In this document: piece by piece, positions 39,801-50,842 of the stretch
Layout: every line of letters begins with the position of its first letter
How positions within the stretch are numbered: the first letter of the stretch is position 1
Source of the DNA: Iphione sp. A-MEVVRFRX5
Taxonomy: Eukaryota
Direction of reading: 5' to 3'
Length of the DNA stretch: 64,000 nt
Assembly: GCA_976226885.1 (NCBI GenBank)
Contig: OZ320314.1
Span: forward strand, 56,730,001-56,794,000
Translations under genes and position numbers: made by a program
The notes under the pieces: generated by a model
The model's database searches: none
Seen by the model: the letters and a program-made list of their open reading frames with translations, nothing else
What the model was told of the DNA's origin: nothing

Positions 39801-42800
39801 ATCGTGTGGCCGAAGCTCGTTGATATTAATCAGCTCTCTCGCTGGAAGATTACATATACAAAAACACAACGAGTCGCATCATAACTAACTTTTTTTTTAA
39901 AAATATTTGCTGGGGGCAGGGGGTCTTTAAGAAGGGAAACAGCGTGGCCCTAGATCCGTCCGGATCGGGCCTCGCGAGGTGCGCCATTTCATTGGACAGA
40001 CTGCCGTCTTTAATCTTGCCCCACTCTGTCGCCCCAAGCCCCCAAACCAGACTGGTATCACTCGTTACACGATGGGCCGGTGGTGGCGCTGCAGAGGTCG
40101 CCCTTCTTCAAAGACATCGTTCTCTGTATCGGCGGCTGGACCCTGTCTCTCTGGAAAGAAGGAGTCAGTGTAAGTAGAAGACGATGGTATGTGTTCACCT
40201 GAATAATGTCTGAGCCCAGGATCATTCGTTCAAAGGAAAATCCAGTGAGGAATATTGAATGATAGTAAATATATGATTATAGAACACGATTGCAGTCCTC
40301 TTGTGCGTATTTCTAATAGTAAAGTATTCAAATGTAAATTTGATTTTACTGAGGGAATTGTGTCCATTCACAGAGATCCCTTTACTATGTTCATACTTAA
40401 CATTTCATCGTTACCAAAAACATGAATAGTCATGAAAAGTCTAAGACCTTCCAGTGAGACCAAGTTAGTAACTTACCGCTTGGACCCCTCCCTCGGGTTG
40501 ACGTCTAAGGGAAGATGATAAAGTAAATGCAAAGCTGATTGTTTAAAATCTTCCACAAGGGTTGGTCTCCCATTAGGTTAGTTTTTAGGCTGCTGCCTGC
40601 TTTATATACACATGCAAGGTGTCTATTTACCTTTATGTATTTACCTCTATGTATACATATAAATATAAGAACCTCAATGGGCAGTCAGCCCCAAGAGGAT
40701 CCACAGTCAAAAGTTGATCAGACCGTGCTAAACCCATATATACAACAGTGCCTGAGGAGAAGTCCAAACCGTGCAGTCCTTACATTCAGATTACTAACTG
40801 TCATCCTTTGGGGTCATCTTTGGGAGATTTAACCCTGATAAGTCCCCTCTTTGATTTGTTGATATGGTTCCCAGGACAACTCTCAACAACTCTACTTACT
40901 ATAAGAACTTATCACATCACATCACATCACATGAGGGTTCATTTGAACTTACAGTTCACGTCGCCACGTCTTAACAGTATACATACGTATCTGTAAATAA
41001 TCGAAATAAAATAGTTCGATTCGACTGAAATTAACATTACTATTAATGTCAGTACGGAGGAAATTCTGATGAATTCCCAGTGTACGTTGGTGCGTCACCG
41101 TTGATTTCGCCAACAATCAGTTAGTTCCTTGCTGAGTGAATTATTGGTAGGGCATCTTGTTAACTGTGAATTTGTCTTTAGGGAATTGTCTAGTCGGCAT
41201 TTGCTTGTCGTGACGATCACTAATGTAATTGTTACAGTCAGGCATGTGCCTTCTCGACTGTGTCCTCTTTGTCAGTGTTGACGCTTCACCCATCTGTAGC
41301 AGCATGTAAACCGTTTTAATAAATCACAACAATTTGTAGGCCTCTCAACTGATAACAGTGTACATTTACTTACTAGTAATAGTTCACTATTATCTTGGCA
41401 ACAATTTCAAAAGCATATCCTATTGTGTCAAATATTAAAAGTCTGTCTCGTTTACGGATTATAGCCTTGCTAGCTATGTACGCGCGCCCACGCACACACA
41501 CACACACATACAGATTCACTCATTCACTCCGGCACGCATGTACATGTATATATACATGTGCTTACATGTAAATTACATGTATTCCTTGTGTCGTTGTCAG
41601 AGTGGACCAATGCTGAGCTCAGCCGCCTGTAATAAGCGGTTAACAGGCGGCTTCTGGTCGCCCAGCCGACCAGCTGTCTTCTACGTCACCAAGCAGGACG
41701 GCACGGTGGACGTGTGGGATCTACTCGACAAGACGCACGAGGCATCCATGACGCAGAGTGTCTCGCCTGCATCCATAACCTGTATCTACCCCTTCCAGGT
41801 CACATGTAAGTAGATCTACCCAATCCCGGAATTCGCTCATATGTCAAGACGTAAATATTCATACATGTACACGTAAATTTGTTCAAAGCAGAGTCCAGTC
41901 TCCATTTGTATTGGCTGCATCAAAACACGCTTCATCGGTGTCTTGACACAAGAATATATTGCATTTTAAATGCGTTGGTCCATGTCTTTTCTTACATGGT
42001 AGTGTCTCGTTAACCATACAGCGTCCATATTTTCCCCCCTATATTCGTATAGATGTTAGAATGAAACGCAGAGTACACTATACATATGTATATATATATC
42101 CTGTCTTGCTTTCTTCCATTTTACTTTCATGAGAAGGTCATATTATGATTTCATAAACGATAAAAATGTTAGAAAATAATGAAAACAAAAGAAAAACTAC
42201 TAAAAAACGGAGCAGTTTCGCTTTACCGACGCTTATAGCATTTAGGTGTGCTATGTTTGGTAAGACATGTTTCACTCACTAGATTCAGACGATCATGCTG
42301 GATTTTGCAGACTCATTTCTGACCAATCCTTTGCACCAATCATTCTCCAGACATTATCCCATGTTGCTAGTTTATACTGTTGCCGATTCATTAAAGCTAC
42401 ATTTGTGCCGCCGATCAGATTTCGCTAAAATTTGGTCTTTACGGTCTGGTGCGAGCAACTTTCAGATCCGTTTACTTTCATATTGTGCTGGGTAAAACGA
42501 TGCGTCTCCTGGTCCTCGCTGATGCATTTATTACCGCGTGAAATTACAGAAATGATCGATAGTGGCTCGACTCACATAACGGTCCTAAATTTGGCGCTCA
42601 GTGATTTAAATAACTGAGCAGCCATATCTTGTACTTTGTATCACTGTCCCATTCGTTTCGTTTTCCAGAAAATGGATGATAGTTTTGGGTTGAATTCCGC
42701 TAACAATATGGATTTTTTTTGGCTGTAGTGAGAAAATAATGTGCACATGTACAGTGCGAGGGAAGACGGGATTTTATGGATTTATGTTGACGTACGACCT

Positions 42801-44814
42801 ACGAATAAATATTTGTAAATTTGACATAAACGCGTACACACATAATATAGAAAAAGGAAAAGCCTAATCAGTTCGTTTTCACCTTTATCTTTAACATTCT
42901 GCCTCGTGGGAATTTCGCCCGATGCAGCATCAATCTGTCTTTCTTTTTTCGGCGGCATGCCTCGCACGTTTTAATTTGCGTTTTTTGAAAATTAATTTGA
43001 TTTAATTCAATTCCTTTCTTTAATCCAGTCGTGCTATCGCCCATTAAAAGCAGTTTTGATACAGAATTGGTGCGAATTTAATATGAAAACTTGACGCAGT
43101 GCATGATGATTGGAAATATAAAACTGTCTGGATAGATTTGTTGACAGATCGCCGATATTATAAAGACATTTGTCAGATACAATTTCTTAAGGGCAGTCGC
43201 AGTTCGGCCCGAAAAAAACAACCGCATCCACTCCGTGAGTCTCTGGAAATAGCAGGTCAAGCCTTAATGAAGTTAGGACATGTTTCTCTGTCCTTGCAGC
43301 CAAGCAGCACCTGCTGGCCGTCGGCGATGCCCTAGGCACTCTTCACATCATGGAGATCCCTTGGAGCCTGAGGCAACCCACCACCAATGAGGTAGGTAGC
43401 TGCCTCGCCTCCATCAACACTTAACCATTCAATCACAATAACCTTTAAATCATAATTCTTCACAAACAGACCACTACGATGGCTATGTGGTTTCTATTCA
43501 AGAATCATTGTATATCTCTTGTTGCTGCAATTTGCCTACTTGTTGGGACGTAAGGAGTATATAGTAAATTCACGTACTCAGTATTTGACTAGCTTTTGTC
43601 ACCATTTGGAAGCAGATGTTCTTCTTGGATCCTGCATACGCTGAATTGTTAGTTCGTAAAGCGAGGAGGCTTGTCTTGTCTGCTTTCATGAAAGTGGTTT
43701 TATTTTGAAAAAAAAATTCCCCCCAAAAATACAAATTAGGAGCCAGTTTATCACTTCGTTTCTGCTCCCATGTTACGAGCCGCATCAGTGACTCGACATT
43801 CAGTACTCTTATAACTGTTGAGACGTTGCCTGTCAAGGAACCATTCATACGTTGATTACTGTATATTTCAAAGCTGAACGGCGTGAGCAACTACTTTGAA
43901 CGTGAAGTAAAGCGTCGGGGATTCGTCGAGTCCCGATGGGACTTCCGTGAGAAAGAGAAGATGGAATTAGAAGCGGAGGCTAAAAGGAAAGCTGGTGTAA
44001 GTAGGATAGATTTGGCAGATGGAAGGGGACGCCGATGAGTCAGTATTCACTGATGACTTAGACCCTGTTCCATTAAGATAGACTGATAATCATGTTATTT
44101 TCTGAACCATGTTCCATTGCTAATCATATCTCGCCTACAATCCCATCAATTGCTGACTTGTCAACTTTGTTCTGTCGTGTTTTCGGAGAAGATAAATGGT
44201 TTAGAATAAAGAGGCTTCGTCCTCCACAAGCTCCAAGAAAGCTATCCCTTCAAAGCTGCACCCAGCAGCTTACCTTCGTTTCAACTGTTCTTTAACCTTT
44301 ATCTATACCCCGTCAGTTCGTATATTCCCACGGGAATCATTATTTTAAAATGTCAGCAGTGCCATTCACACAGCGTTAGGTCCCACTTAGTTTCATGGGA
44401 GAGTGGTCTATACACAGAACAGCATAAATAGTGAAACTTGCTGTCTATGATCAACTGAACTCGCAGATACTGACCATTATATACCACTGTTTCCAATGAG
44501 ACTCTGCGAGAAGTATAGTAGACGAAGAATGAGTAGGGTCTGGTCACAATTCACAATGACCCAGTCTTTATCAGTTTACTCGTCATGGAATACAGGGCAA
44601 ACACACTCACTTAGTTACCCTTTACAAAATGCAGAATCATCCTCATCTCTTTTGATTGACTTTGCAGATCGCTCCCAATGTTACTCTGTCAGAGGAGGAG
44701 GTTGAACAGCGCATGCGCATGGAATATGCTGCCTTTGTTGAAGAAGAGAATGCGTTCCTGCGATCTCTTGGACTTAAGGAGGAGGAAAAGGAAGAGCTTC
44801 CTGTGGTGGACTAA
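10010..44814 (+). CDS. DNAI3: DNAI3/WDR63 axonemal dynein intermediate chain (WD40), 967 aa, 20 coding exons
   Basis: Exons: 10010-10069, 10338-10560, 10767-11095, 18117-18281, 19870-20028, 20964-21121, 21700-21890, 28211-28335, 28659-28832, 30367-30489, 31026-31099, 33330-33477, 33843-33927, 34886-35013, 39621-39684, 40039-40169, 41601-41805, 43300-43391, 43874-43996, 44668-44814. All GT-AG and phase-consistent (2904 nt). Recognisable WDR63 segments include NRAAVSDFHP, QQNEIMNVFYDDW, EYQSFTDL, LILIWSFADPIHPQLLLEAPDD, GGCVNGQVVLWDIS, FYVGTEDGE, QRSPFFKDI, GTLHIMEIPWSL and NYFEREV. Confidence 0.95.
13798..14338 (+). pseudogene. DIRS reverse transcriptase remnant
   Basis: Two frameshifted ORFs with LFLRPKPNGSLRMLLDLSKLNK-like and YLAFVWQGKVYQYDVLPFGLSSAPRIF segments. 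The catalytic YxDD appears degraded to YFDS near 14266. Confidence 0.85.
15893..16191. mobile_element. 299 bp MITE with AATT target duplication, inserted in the DIRS-A recombinase
   Basis: AATT|GACACATC...GATGTGTC|AATT. Removing it restores ATCCAATTGTCC, collinear with DIRS-B (ATTCAATTGTCT). A 4 bp AWWT TSD is compatible with Sola-type elements. A 2 bp AT TSD reading is also possible. Confidence 0.75.
16349..17079. mobile_element. Tc1/mariner-type MITE, copy 2, nested in the DIRS-A recombinase
   Basis: TA|CAGGAGAAACTCGCTTTGCGACC...GGTCGCAAAGCGAGTTTCTCCTG|TA. Same family as 994-1489. Flanks rejoin as YR sequence collinear with DIRS-B. Confidence 0.88.
16490..16616. repeat. 31 bp tandem repeat, ~4 copies, inside MITE copy 2
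   Basis: GTCCAAAAAGTGCTGAATTTGATGACT(TTAA/AAAA) head-to-tail with no spacers. A related motif occurs in reverse orientation near 52690-52750. Confidence 0.9.
20204..20388. mobile_element. Small pogo/Tigger-like MITE
   Basis: TA|CAGTCATCCCTC...GAAGGGACCACTG|TA, with imperfect TIRs. Confidence 0.6.
22484..22660. mobile_element. Small pogo/Tigger-like MITE
   Basis: Perfect 24 bp TIR CAGTGGAGTCTCTATTACCGACCA, flanked by TA on both sides. Confidence 0.88.
22809..25618 (+). mobile_element. DIRS1-like element B, internal deletion lacking RT/RNase H (DNAI3 intron 7)
   Basis: Left ITR 22809-22890 is inverted at 25561-25618. ICR at ~25350-25470. Methyltransferase-like GVDLFASRLN...LDAFSH at ~24010-24110. 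YR remnants at 24529-25281 (YSALNMVRS, LATNGRMQT, AYSMRSAS with the HxxR His changed to Tyr). Confidence 0.88.
24760..25281 (+). pseudogene. DIRS tyrosine recombinase remnant
   Basis: 173 aa ORF with LKQSRKG, CMVRCLKEYI, LFISF, TLARWTKNVM and YSMRSAS. Typical DIRS YR layout, with the catalytic His and C-terminal Tyr not intact. Confidence 0.85.
25614..28158 (+). mobile_element. DIRS1-like element C, 5'-truncated, gag plus 3' end only, fused to B
   Basis: 25620-27060 aligns by eye with the DIRS-A gag region (e.g. GCTAAGTCGCAGGA.CAGTCCACACAGC at ~12880 and ~26340). An ICR-like block follows at ~27200-27295 and a right-end block at ~28095-28158. No RT or YR seen. Confidence 0.75.
27358..27963 (+). 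mobile_element. HINE/Helentron-associated element, copy 2, nested in DIRS-C
   Basis: Highly similar to 8193-8792 along its whole length, with a longer (CA)n tract. Confidence 0.8.
31796..31931. other. Assembly gap (136 N)
   Basis: Run of N within DNAI3 intron 11. Exon phase on the two sides is compatible (CA|C = His), so no coding exon need be missing. Confidence 1.
35410..36584. mobile_element. CACTA/EnSpm(CMC)-like non-autonomous element nested in DIRS-D
   Basis: CT|CCCAGTCA...TGACTGGG|CT gives short TIRs and a 2 bp TSD. Arrays of GTGAGCTCAC-type motifs sit at both ends (~50 bp x4-5 at 35424-35644; degenerate at 36430-36572). Confidence 0.72.
35644..35790. repeat. ~147 bp near-perfect palindrome
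   Basis: GTTACGTTTCCG...GCTATAGCTCGTTGGAAAGCTC-ttgat-GAGCTTTCCAACGAGCTATAGC...CGGAAACGTAAC, with few mismatches. Confidence 0.92.
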
Positions 44815-46888
44815 ACTTTGCTTCGATCGTTCTAAATGCAAAGTGCGCATATCCTATATGGAGGGCGAGACATCGTACGACACGTAGGTTGTATGTTGCT
44901 GACCGTGTTTTAAAATGAGGCTTTCCCAGAAGCTTGATACCAGACCTTTCCTAGTTCGTGCTTGCATGAGAGGTTCATTTTCTCACCAACAAGATGAGGT
45001 ACGTTTCAGATACAGAAATAAACTTGAGGACAAAAAAAAACGAAACAAAAGAGACGAAGTTCATGGTAGAAAAGCACGCCTATCACTCTTTATATCTTAG
45101 AAAAAAGATGTATTAATTCTCAGGGTTTGTAGTTTGGGGGGGATAATACAATGTACATTGTTGCCTGTTTCACATGCCAGAAATCCAGTGAGCAAGCAAA
45201 TTATAACTTATAATATATATATCTTTTATTTTAAAACTTCACAGTTTACAGCATATCTCTGTCATTGACAGGGCAATGTGCAGCAAGAAGTATCTTTTTT
45301 TTCAAATCATAGAAAAGGTTACATGGGATTTTGTAGTCCAAGATGATATGAGAAGCCCTGAAGACGCCCAAAACTGCTTTCCAAATTGTTATATCTGTCG
45401 CATCATTTGTAGTTGTTGTCATTCTCATCACTGTAAATACCAACATATCATCCATACGCAAAGGTGCGTATTACTATAAAAGTATTCTTTCCAAAAAAAA
45501 ATGTTACTTCCCATGAAACATGGAATCCTCACGTGATTGTACTTCAAAGAAAATAAATTGATGGAGTCAAATGACATGTACAATATTTCTAAAAGGAAAA
45601 TCCGGCTTTAATGAATTTCCGCATATATGCTTTTCGATGAAGAACTGGTCGACATCTGTAAAAAGTATTTTATTATCTCATATCAGGAACGATTGGGGAA
45701 GACTGTGCAAAAGGTACGATCTAATCTACCGAAGAAAAATGGGACTTCCGCAGCCCTTGAACTATTTGGTATCTTGACTGGCACAAGTGATGGCACCATT
45801 ACGTTTCATTTTTACTACATACATAACACACAACAAAAAGGTCACAAGAAGAACCGATCACTTTCAATGTTGACAGTCATAATCTCTTTGTTAGCATCAA
45901 AGCAGCAGGCGAACAGTCTTGGAAAGACAGTCATAAGAATATTCATACAGATAATGTAGTTCTGCCGATAACCATGTGCATACACAACGTGTGGATTCCT
46001 TTATGCAAAAAAAAATGGTTCGGCGAGAATTTCTTATATAACAATCACCAAGACTTCCCATGGGGCCAGCTGTTTTGTATTTTCACTAGTTTATCAATCT
46101 GATATGATTATTAAGTCCTAATTACACAACCGTCAGGTATTCGTGAATAAGTACACTAAACTACCCGACAACCAGTGCAATGTGGATCTACCACGTCAGC
46201 CACATCACTACTTCAAGGTTTCTTTGAAATACCAACATTAGGATAATTGCTAACAACTCGTAATGCACCTCTGCGCCGACATACTAAGCACTTCATCAGC
46301 AATATGGAAATTCTTAATCCGAACCTTCATTACTTTGCCAGTTATATCAATTAACATTATCGCTACTTCAGTAGGATACGTCTGATTCGTTGAAAAATGG
46401 TTATTGTCAGCAGTACAGTTAGTCTTGTTTGTTGGTCCTAAAACAACAATAATATTGGTCAGTCCCCAGGACAGCCTGCTAGAGGTCGTTACTGCACTCG
46501 AGGGGTTAACACCGAAAAGCAAGAAATCATCACTCAAATGGTACTTTCCCTGGAGGTTAGCATGAACACCGCGGCAGAGCATAAGGTCAATGTTGTAACA
46601 ATTACCCTGGGGCAAAAACGGTTGTACGAGATTACTGTCTTCGGGCGTGTTGAAACCATAGCTTCAGTGATGTCACCTATAACGTTAAGCCCCCGTGTGA
46701 TGGAGGCTGGCCCGGAGGTCAGCGAGCAGGGGGACAGGCGCCTGTACGGTAAGCACTGGTCAGTATGGGAACTCCTACTCAAACTGAGGAATGTGAGATC
46801 AACAATCTGCAGTAGTTTTGCAACGTCGATTCATACGCCAGATTGGATGCGCAACCTTCGCTGTTGCCGACACGCTGGAGGTGAACGT

Positions 46889-49800
46889 TCATATTGTAGT
46901 CACCCTGGAGGTCACCTTCCGGGATGTGCGGGGTGTCAGATCCGACGGGCTTGCAGGTATGCCATGAACGTTGTGGGGCCCTTTAGAAGCTGCTGCTGTT
47001 GTGGTTGCTGCTGCTGCTGTTTGTGGCGGTTGCCCTTTGTAAGGCTTAGAGGCCGTCGCTGACGCTGACGATGCTCGCTGTCCAACGAGGGACGACACTG
47101 GGGCAGCTTTTGGTCTTAACACGCTCTTTGGGGCAACGGGGGCTTTTGCTGCTGATTGAGACTTCTGCATCACTCCCTGTTTCTGTTGCTTTTGCTGCTG
47201 ATCCTGCAGCCGAATATGTTTCAACTGCTGACCTGATTTTTGCTGTTGAGACTGCTGTTGTCTGGCAACGCTCTGACTCGAGCTGCCTTGCCGATCCGTC
47301 AGAGTAGTGGTCCCCGACCGGCGGCCCGCTACCACTCCGTTGGCTGCAGCAGTTCCCGAGACGCTTTTGGCACTAGTTAAATCCTGCGTTGCACGTACAC
47401 CCTTCGCAGTCGTCGTCGGCGCGTTCTTTACCGTTGCTCCACCCGAAGCCTTGCCTTCTGCCACAGGCAGGCGGCTTGGTTGAGCGGTCCTGCTAGGTGT
47501 GTAGCTACTGGTGGTTGCAGTCGTGGAGCTAGTAGATATTGGGGTTGTCTGTTTGACGGCTGGGCTGGAAGCACCCACCGGCCGGCCCCTGACTGACGCC
47601 AACTTAACTTGCCGTGACAGGCCTGTCGCATTAGCGTCATGTCCGACGGATGTCTTCCTGGCTGCCGTATCTATCACCATCCCACCGCCGCTGCCGCCCG
47701 CCCCGACTCGAGAAATTGCCTGCCGAGTCCGGGCGAGCCCTCCGTATACCGCCTCTTGCTTGCCCTTGGCTGTAGGTGCCACGGCTGAGCCGGACACGTC
47801 AGAGAGGATGGTATTGCCTAATGTACTCTCTGAAACGCATTTGTGCGAATCCGGTAAAAAGGTGGTTTCTCTCCTCGACATTTGAATATAGGCTGTCGCC
47901 GGCACCGGGCTCGGGATAGCAGAGACAGGTTTGATAGCTTTGACTTTTTGCACGTCCTCGCCAGCCCTCTTGTGGGTTTGCCCTGTGTTTGAGAGTTGAG
48001 TATCAGAACTGTCCTCTGGCCGCTGCTTGACGTCGCACCTTCTTCCGCTTTCGGCCTGTTCCCTATAGGTTTGTATATCACAGAGCTCGTCTTCCAGTAA
48101 TCCATGGAGTCTGTCACTGGAGGGCCTATCAAGAGGCAGGTCGCTACTTGCATCCGGTGTAAAACATGTCTCATCGACAAGATGCTCGTTGGAACCTTCG
48201 TTAGCAAGCTTTTCCAGCTCGGTGAAGGTCTCACTGGCAAATTCATCACTGAGTACTTCGTCGCCTTCCTCCTCCTCCTCTTCCAAAGCTTCCCCGTCAC
48301 CGTTCAGCTCGTCCTCAAAGTCTGTGTGGATCCTCTCGTGTGAGTCATACACATGATCATCTGCAAGGAGTGAAATTTCATCACATGATGTGTATTCGCC
48401 TGAGTTTTCTAAGTCGTCCTCGTTTGTATCAAGAAAGCCAGACTCTGCTTTATCTGATACCCTTAAGAATGAACCATTGGCCGACTTTGGCTTAGATGGC
48501 GATTGTGTGCCGCCATCATCAAAGCTTGCACTGTTTACAGTGATAGAAACATCTGACAGAGGAGGAGGTACATTCCCGCCATAGTTCGTTGTGTTACTCA
48601 GTCGGCTGGCACTTTGATTAGCTAGTTGACCTTTTTCGGTGACCCGCTGGAGCTGACCATCCATACTCCCGGTTTCCTTAGTTGGCAGGCTCGATTCGTC
48701 TCTCATGGCTCCCTTTTGCCCTGTGGTCGGCTTTTCCTTCTGAGGGGTCACTGCGCGTGTGCAGCCCATGTTGGCCCCAGTTATGCTGATTTTACCTTGA
48801 CTTTTTGAGTTGAGATATGCACTGCTTTGTTCGGGTCGAGTATCATCCGTTGGCGGTTGCCCCATGATATTAGCTCTATGTGAATGATGTTCTTTATTTG
48901 GAGTGCCTTTTACTGTAGGACTGGCTGCCCCGAGGACTTTATCATCACATCGTGTCTTTATTGCAGCAGCCGATCTGAGATATGCAGCATTGAGTTCTGG
49001 TCCACTTTCTTCCAAGTAAGCCTTATCGTCACAGCTGCTTTGGCGTGAGCCCAAAGCTCTGGTGATCGAGCAGTTATTGCTGTCGCCTGCCCCGCTCGTG
49101 GCTGGAAGCAATTCGACCCGCTTAGATCCTATCAGGTAAACTGCCTTCGTTGTGGGACAAGGAGGCGGCGGTGGTGGCGGCGGCGGCGGCGGCGACGGTG
49201 GCGTCGAAGGGTCGTGGGACACTTTATTGATGTTCTTGATATACTCCTGCGGCCGTAGTATCAAGCCTGTCGGAGCATGCTTCATATGAGACGCCGTACC
49301 TAACATTGTTGTTGGTTGCGCCGGATTGCTTCCAATGGCCTTGGCATCCAAGGAAGACAGAGAGCCTTCGGTGCTCGAGTGGAGTGGTGGGGAGTATTGC
49401 TTGAGGCAGAGTGTATCGTACTGAACCCCGACTATCGGTGCCATCTGTCCACCACCTTCTGTCGATGTCCCTTGGAAACCACACTCACTTAGGGTGCCGC
49501 TTGAGTCAGGTCTGGCAAATAGGAAAACATCGGAAGCCTTGCAGTTAGGGATTGAAGGACTGCTGCTACAACGTATACCCTGTACAAGACCTCCCTCTGC
49601 TTCGTCAGTACTTAATGACAGCAACTGACTACTGACACTGTCAATGTCAGTCGGCTTGCCCCTGGAGTTCAGAAACGGGAGCGAGCGACTGTAGCTGGCC
49701 TCGAGCAGCTCGTATATCATACGGCTATGGGAGAAAGGCGTGGCCATCTCCTTGTAAGCAGCATCGATGTCAGTGGGCTTACTACTCCTGAACATTCCTG

Positions 49801-50842
49801 AGCAGCTCATAGGCAATTTCAGGAACGTTTTGTTCTCCAATTTCCACTTTAGGTCGCAAGCATTGAAGTTCTGTTTCTTGTGTGTAGATTCTAATGAGGT
49901 CGGGTCAGAATCGAAGCTATCGATTGTCATGCCTGGAGGTATGTTGTACGAATCTAAACCGTATTGTTGACTTGTGTTAAAATCATCGTCAACAGTACAT
50001 TTGATGGTTACCGGTGTCGAATGCGATGTTATTACTGCAGGACATGGGTTGACTCTTTCTACCCTAGATTCCGGAGGATTGTCAATGCATGGACTCCCAA
50101 TGGAAAGAAGATTACTATCTGAATGAGTATCAGCAGGAGAAGAGGTCAGTTCGCTAAGATCCAAGCAGTCGCTCCATCGACTCATCCTGGGTTTGATACC
50201 CCAGCTCCTCAGCATAGCACCGTTGTCCTGGGGCTCCATCCCTGGCTCCGAGGAAGCATCGTTCACCTCACGACCATCCTCCTCGTCTAAGATGTTAAAC
50301 TCGTTCCTCTCGCCCTTGTCATAGCGCGAGGTGAGCAATGGCTGCTCAACACTACGTTTCCGCCGGGAGAAGCGACCCGAACCCACCCTCAGGCGCTGAC
50401 GCTCCCTCAGGCTGTCGTCACTTAGTTCGCTGTCGGCCGTTGTGCCATTCTCCCCCAAGTGACTGCTCTTGTCGCTGTCTGTGATACTTTCCCGCTCTTC
50501 GTCGATTGTTTCATATCGATTTCGTACTCGCGATGATGGCCGATTTACCCTGAGACCGCCGCCGCCACCTGCACTACCGTTTCCGCCGTTACCCCCGTTT
50601 GCGCCGACGGCCACACCGTCGGCACTCGGCATCCGGAAGGTGACGACGACCGTCTCCCCGTCAGGCAACGACATCCTTTTGGTGGCGCCCCCGTCGCTAA
50701 GTAGACTTGGGATGTCTATAGTAAGTTCGTCGACATCATCGTCGAGCCGCGTCGCTTCATCGGTCCTGTGCACCCCACCGGCCTCCTCTGCTCCCTGCTG
50801 GTGCTCGGTTTCCAGTTTCAGGCTATGCAACCTCGTCATCAC
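46889..50842 (-). CDS. Exon 2 of an uncharacterised single-pass membrane protein: 1317 aa low-complexity cytoplasmic tail
   Basis: 3954 nt stop-free ORF starting immediately after a good acceptor (gttctgttttcag|GTG), phase 0. S/T/G/P/Q-rich with poly-Pro, acidic and poly-Gln tracts. No folded domain recognised. Confidence 0.85.
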   Translation of the reverse strand: MMTRLHSLKLETEHQQGAEEAGGVHRTDEATRLDDDVDELTIDIPSLLSDGGATKRMSLPDGETVVVTFRMPSADGVAVGANGGNGGNGSAGGGGGLRVNRPSSRVRNRYETIDEERESITDSDKSSHLGENGTTADSELSDDSLRERQRLRVGSGRFSRRKRSVEQPLLTSRYDKGERNEFNILDEEDGREVNDASSEPGMEPQDNGAMLRSWGIKPRMSRWSDCLDLSELTSSPADTHSDSNLLSIGSPCIDNPPESRVERVNPCPAVITSHSTPVTIKCTVDDDFNTSQQYGLDSYNIPPGMTIDSFDSDPTSLESTHKKQNFNACDLKWKLENKTFLKLPMSCSGMFRSSKPTDIDAAYKEMATPFSHSRMIYELLEASYSRSLPFLNSRGKPTDIDSVSSQLLSLSTDEAEGGLVQGIRCSSSPSIPNCKASDVFLFARPDSSGTLSECGFQGTSTEGGGQMAPIVGVQYDTLCLKQYSPPLHSSTEGSLSSLDAKAIGSNPAQPTTMLGTASHMKHAPTGLILRPQEYIKNINKVSHDPSTPPSPPPPPPPPPPPCPTTKAVYLIGSKRVELLPATSGAGDSNNCSITRALGSRQSSCDDKAYLEESGPELNAAYLRSAAAIKTRCDDKVLGAASPTVKGTPNKEHHSHRANIMGQPPTDDTRPEQSSAYLNSKSQGKISITGANMGCTRAVTPQKEKPTTGQKGAMRDESSLPTKETGSMDGQLQRVTEKGQLANQSASRLSNTTNYGGNVPPPLSDVSITVNSASFDDGGTQSPSKPKSANGSFLRVSDKAESGFLDTNEDDLENSGEYTSCDEISLLADDHVYDSHERIHTDFEDELNGDGEALEEEEEEGDEVLSDEFASETFTELEKLANEGSNEHLVDETCFTPDASSDLPLDRPSSDRLHGLLEDELCDIQTYREQAESGRRCDVKQRPEDSSDTQLSNTGQTHKRAGEDVQKVKAIKPVSAIPSPVPATAYIQMSRRETTFLPDSHKCVSESTLGNTILSDVSGSAVAPTAKGKQEAVYGGLARTRQAISRVGAGGSGGGMVIDTAARKTSVGHDANATGLSRQVKLASVRGRPVGASSPAVKQTTPISTSSTTATTSSYTPSRTAQPSRLPVAEGKASGGATVKNAPTTTAKGVRATQDLTSAKSVSGTAAANGVVAGRRSGTTTLTDRQGSSSQSVARQQQSQQQKSGQQLKHIRLQDQQQKQQKQGVMQKSQSAAKAPVAPKSVLRPKAAPVSSLVGQRASSASATASKPYKGQPPQTAAAATTTAAASKGPHNVHGIPASPSDLTPRTSRKVTSRVTTI

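Noticed and set aside
46800-46891. Readthrough or selenocysteine at the TGA ending the 1317 aa exon
   Set aside because: The frame closes again about 29 codons later, and I saw no SECIS or conserved-looking extension.
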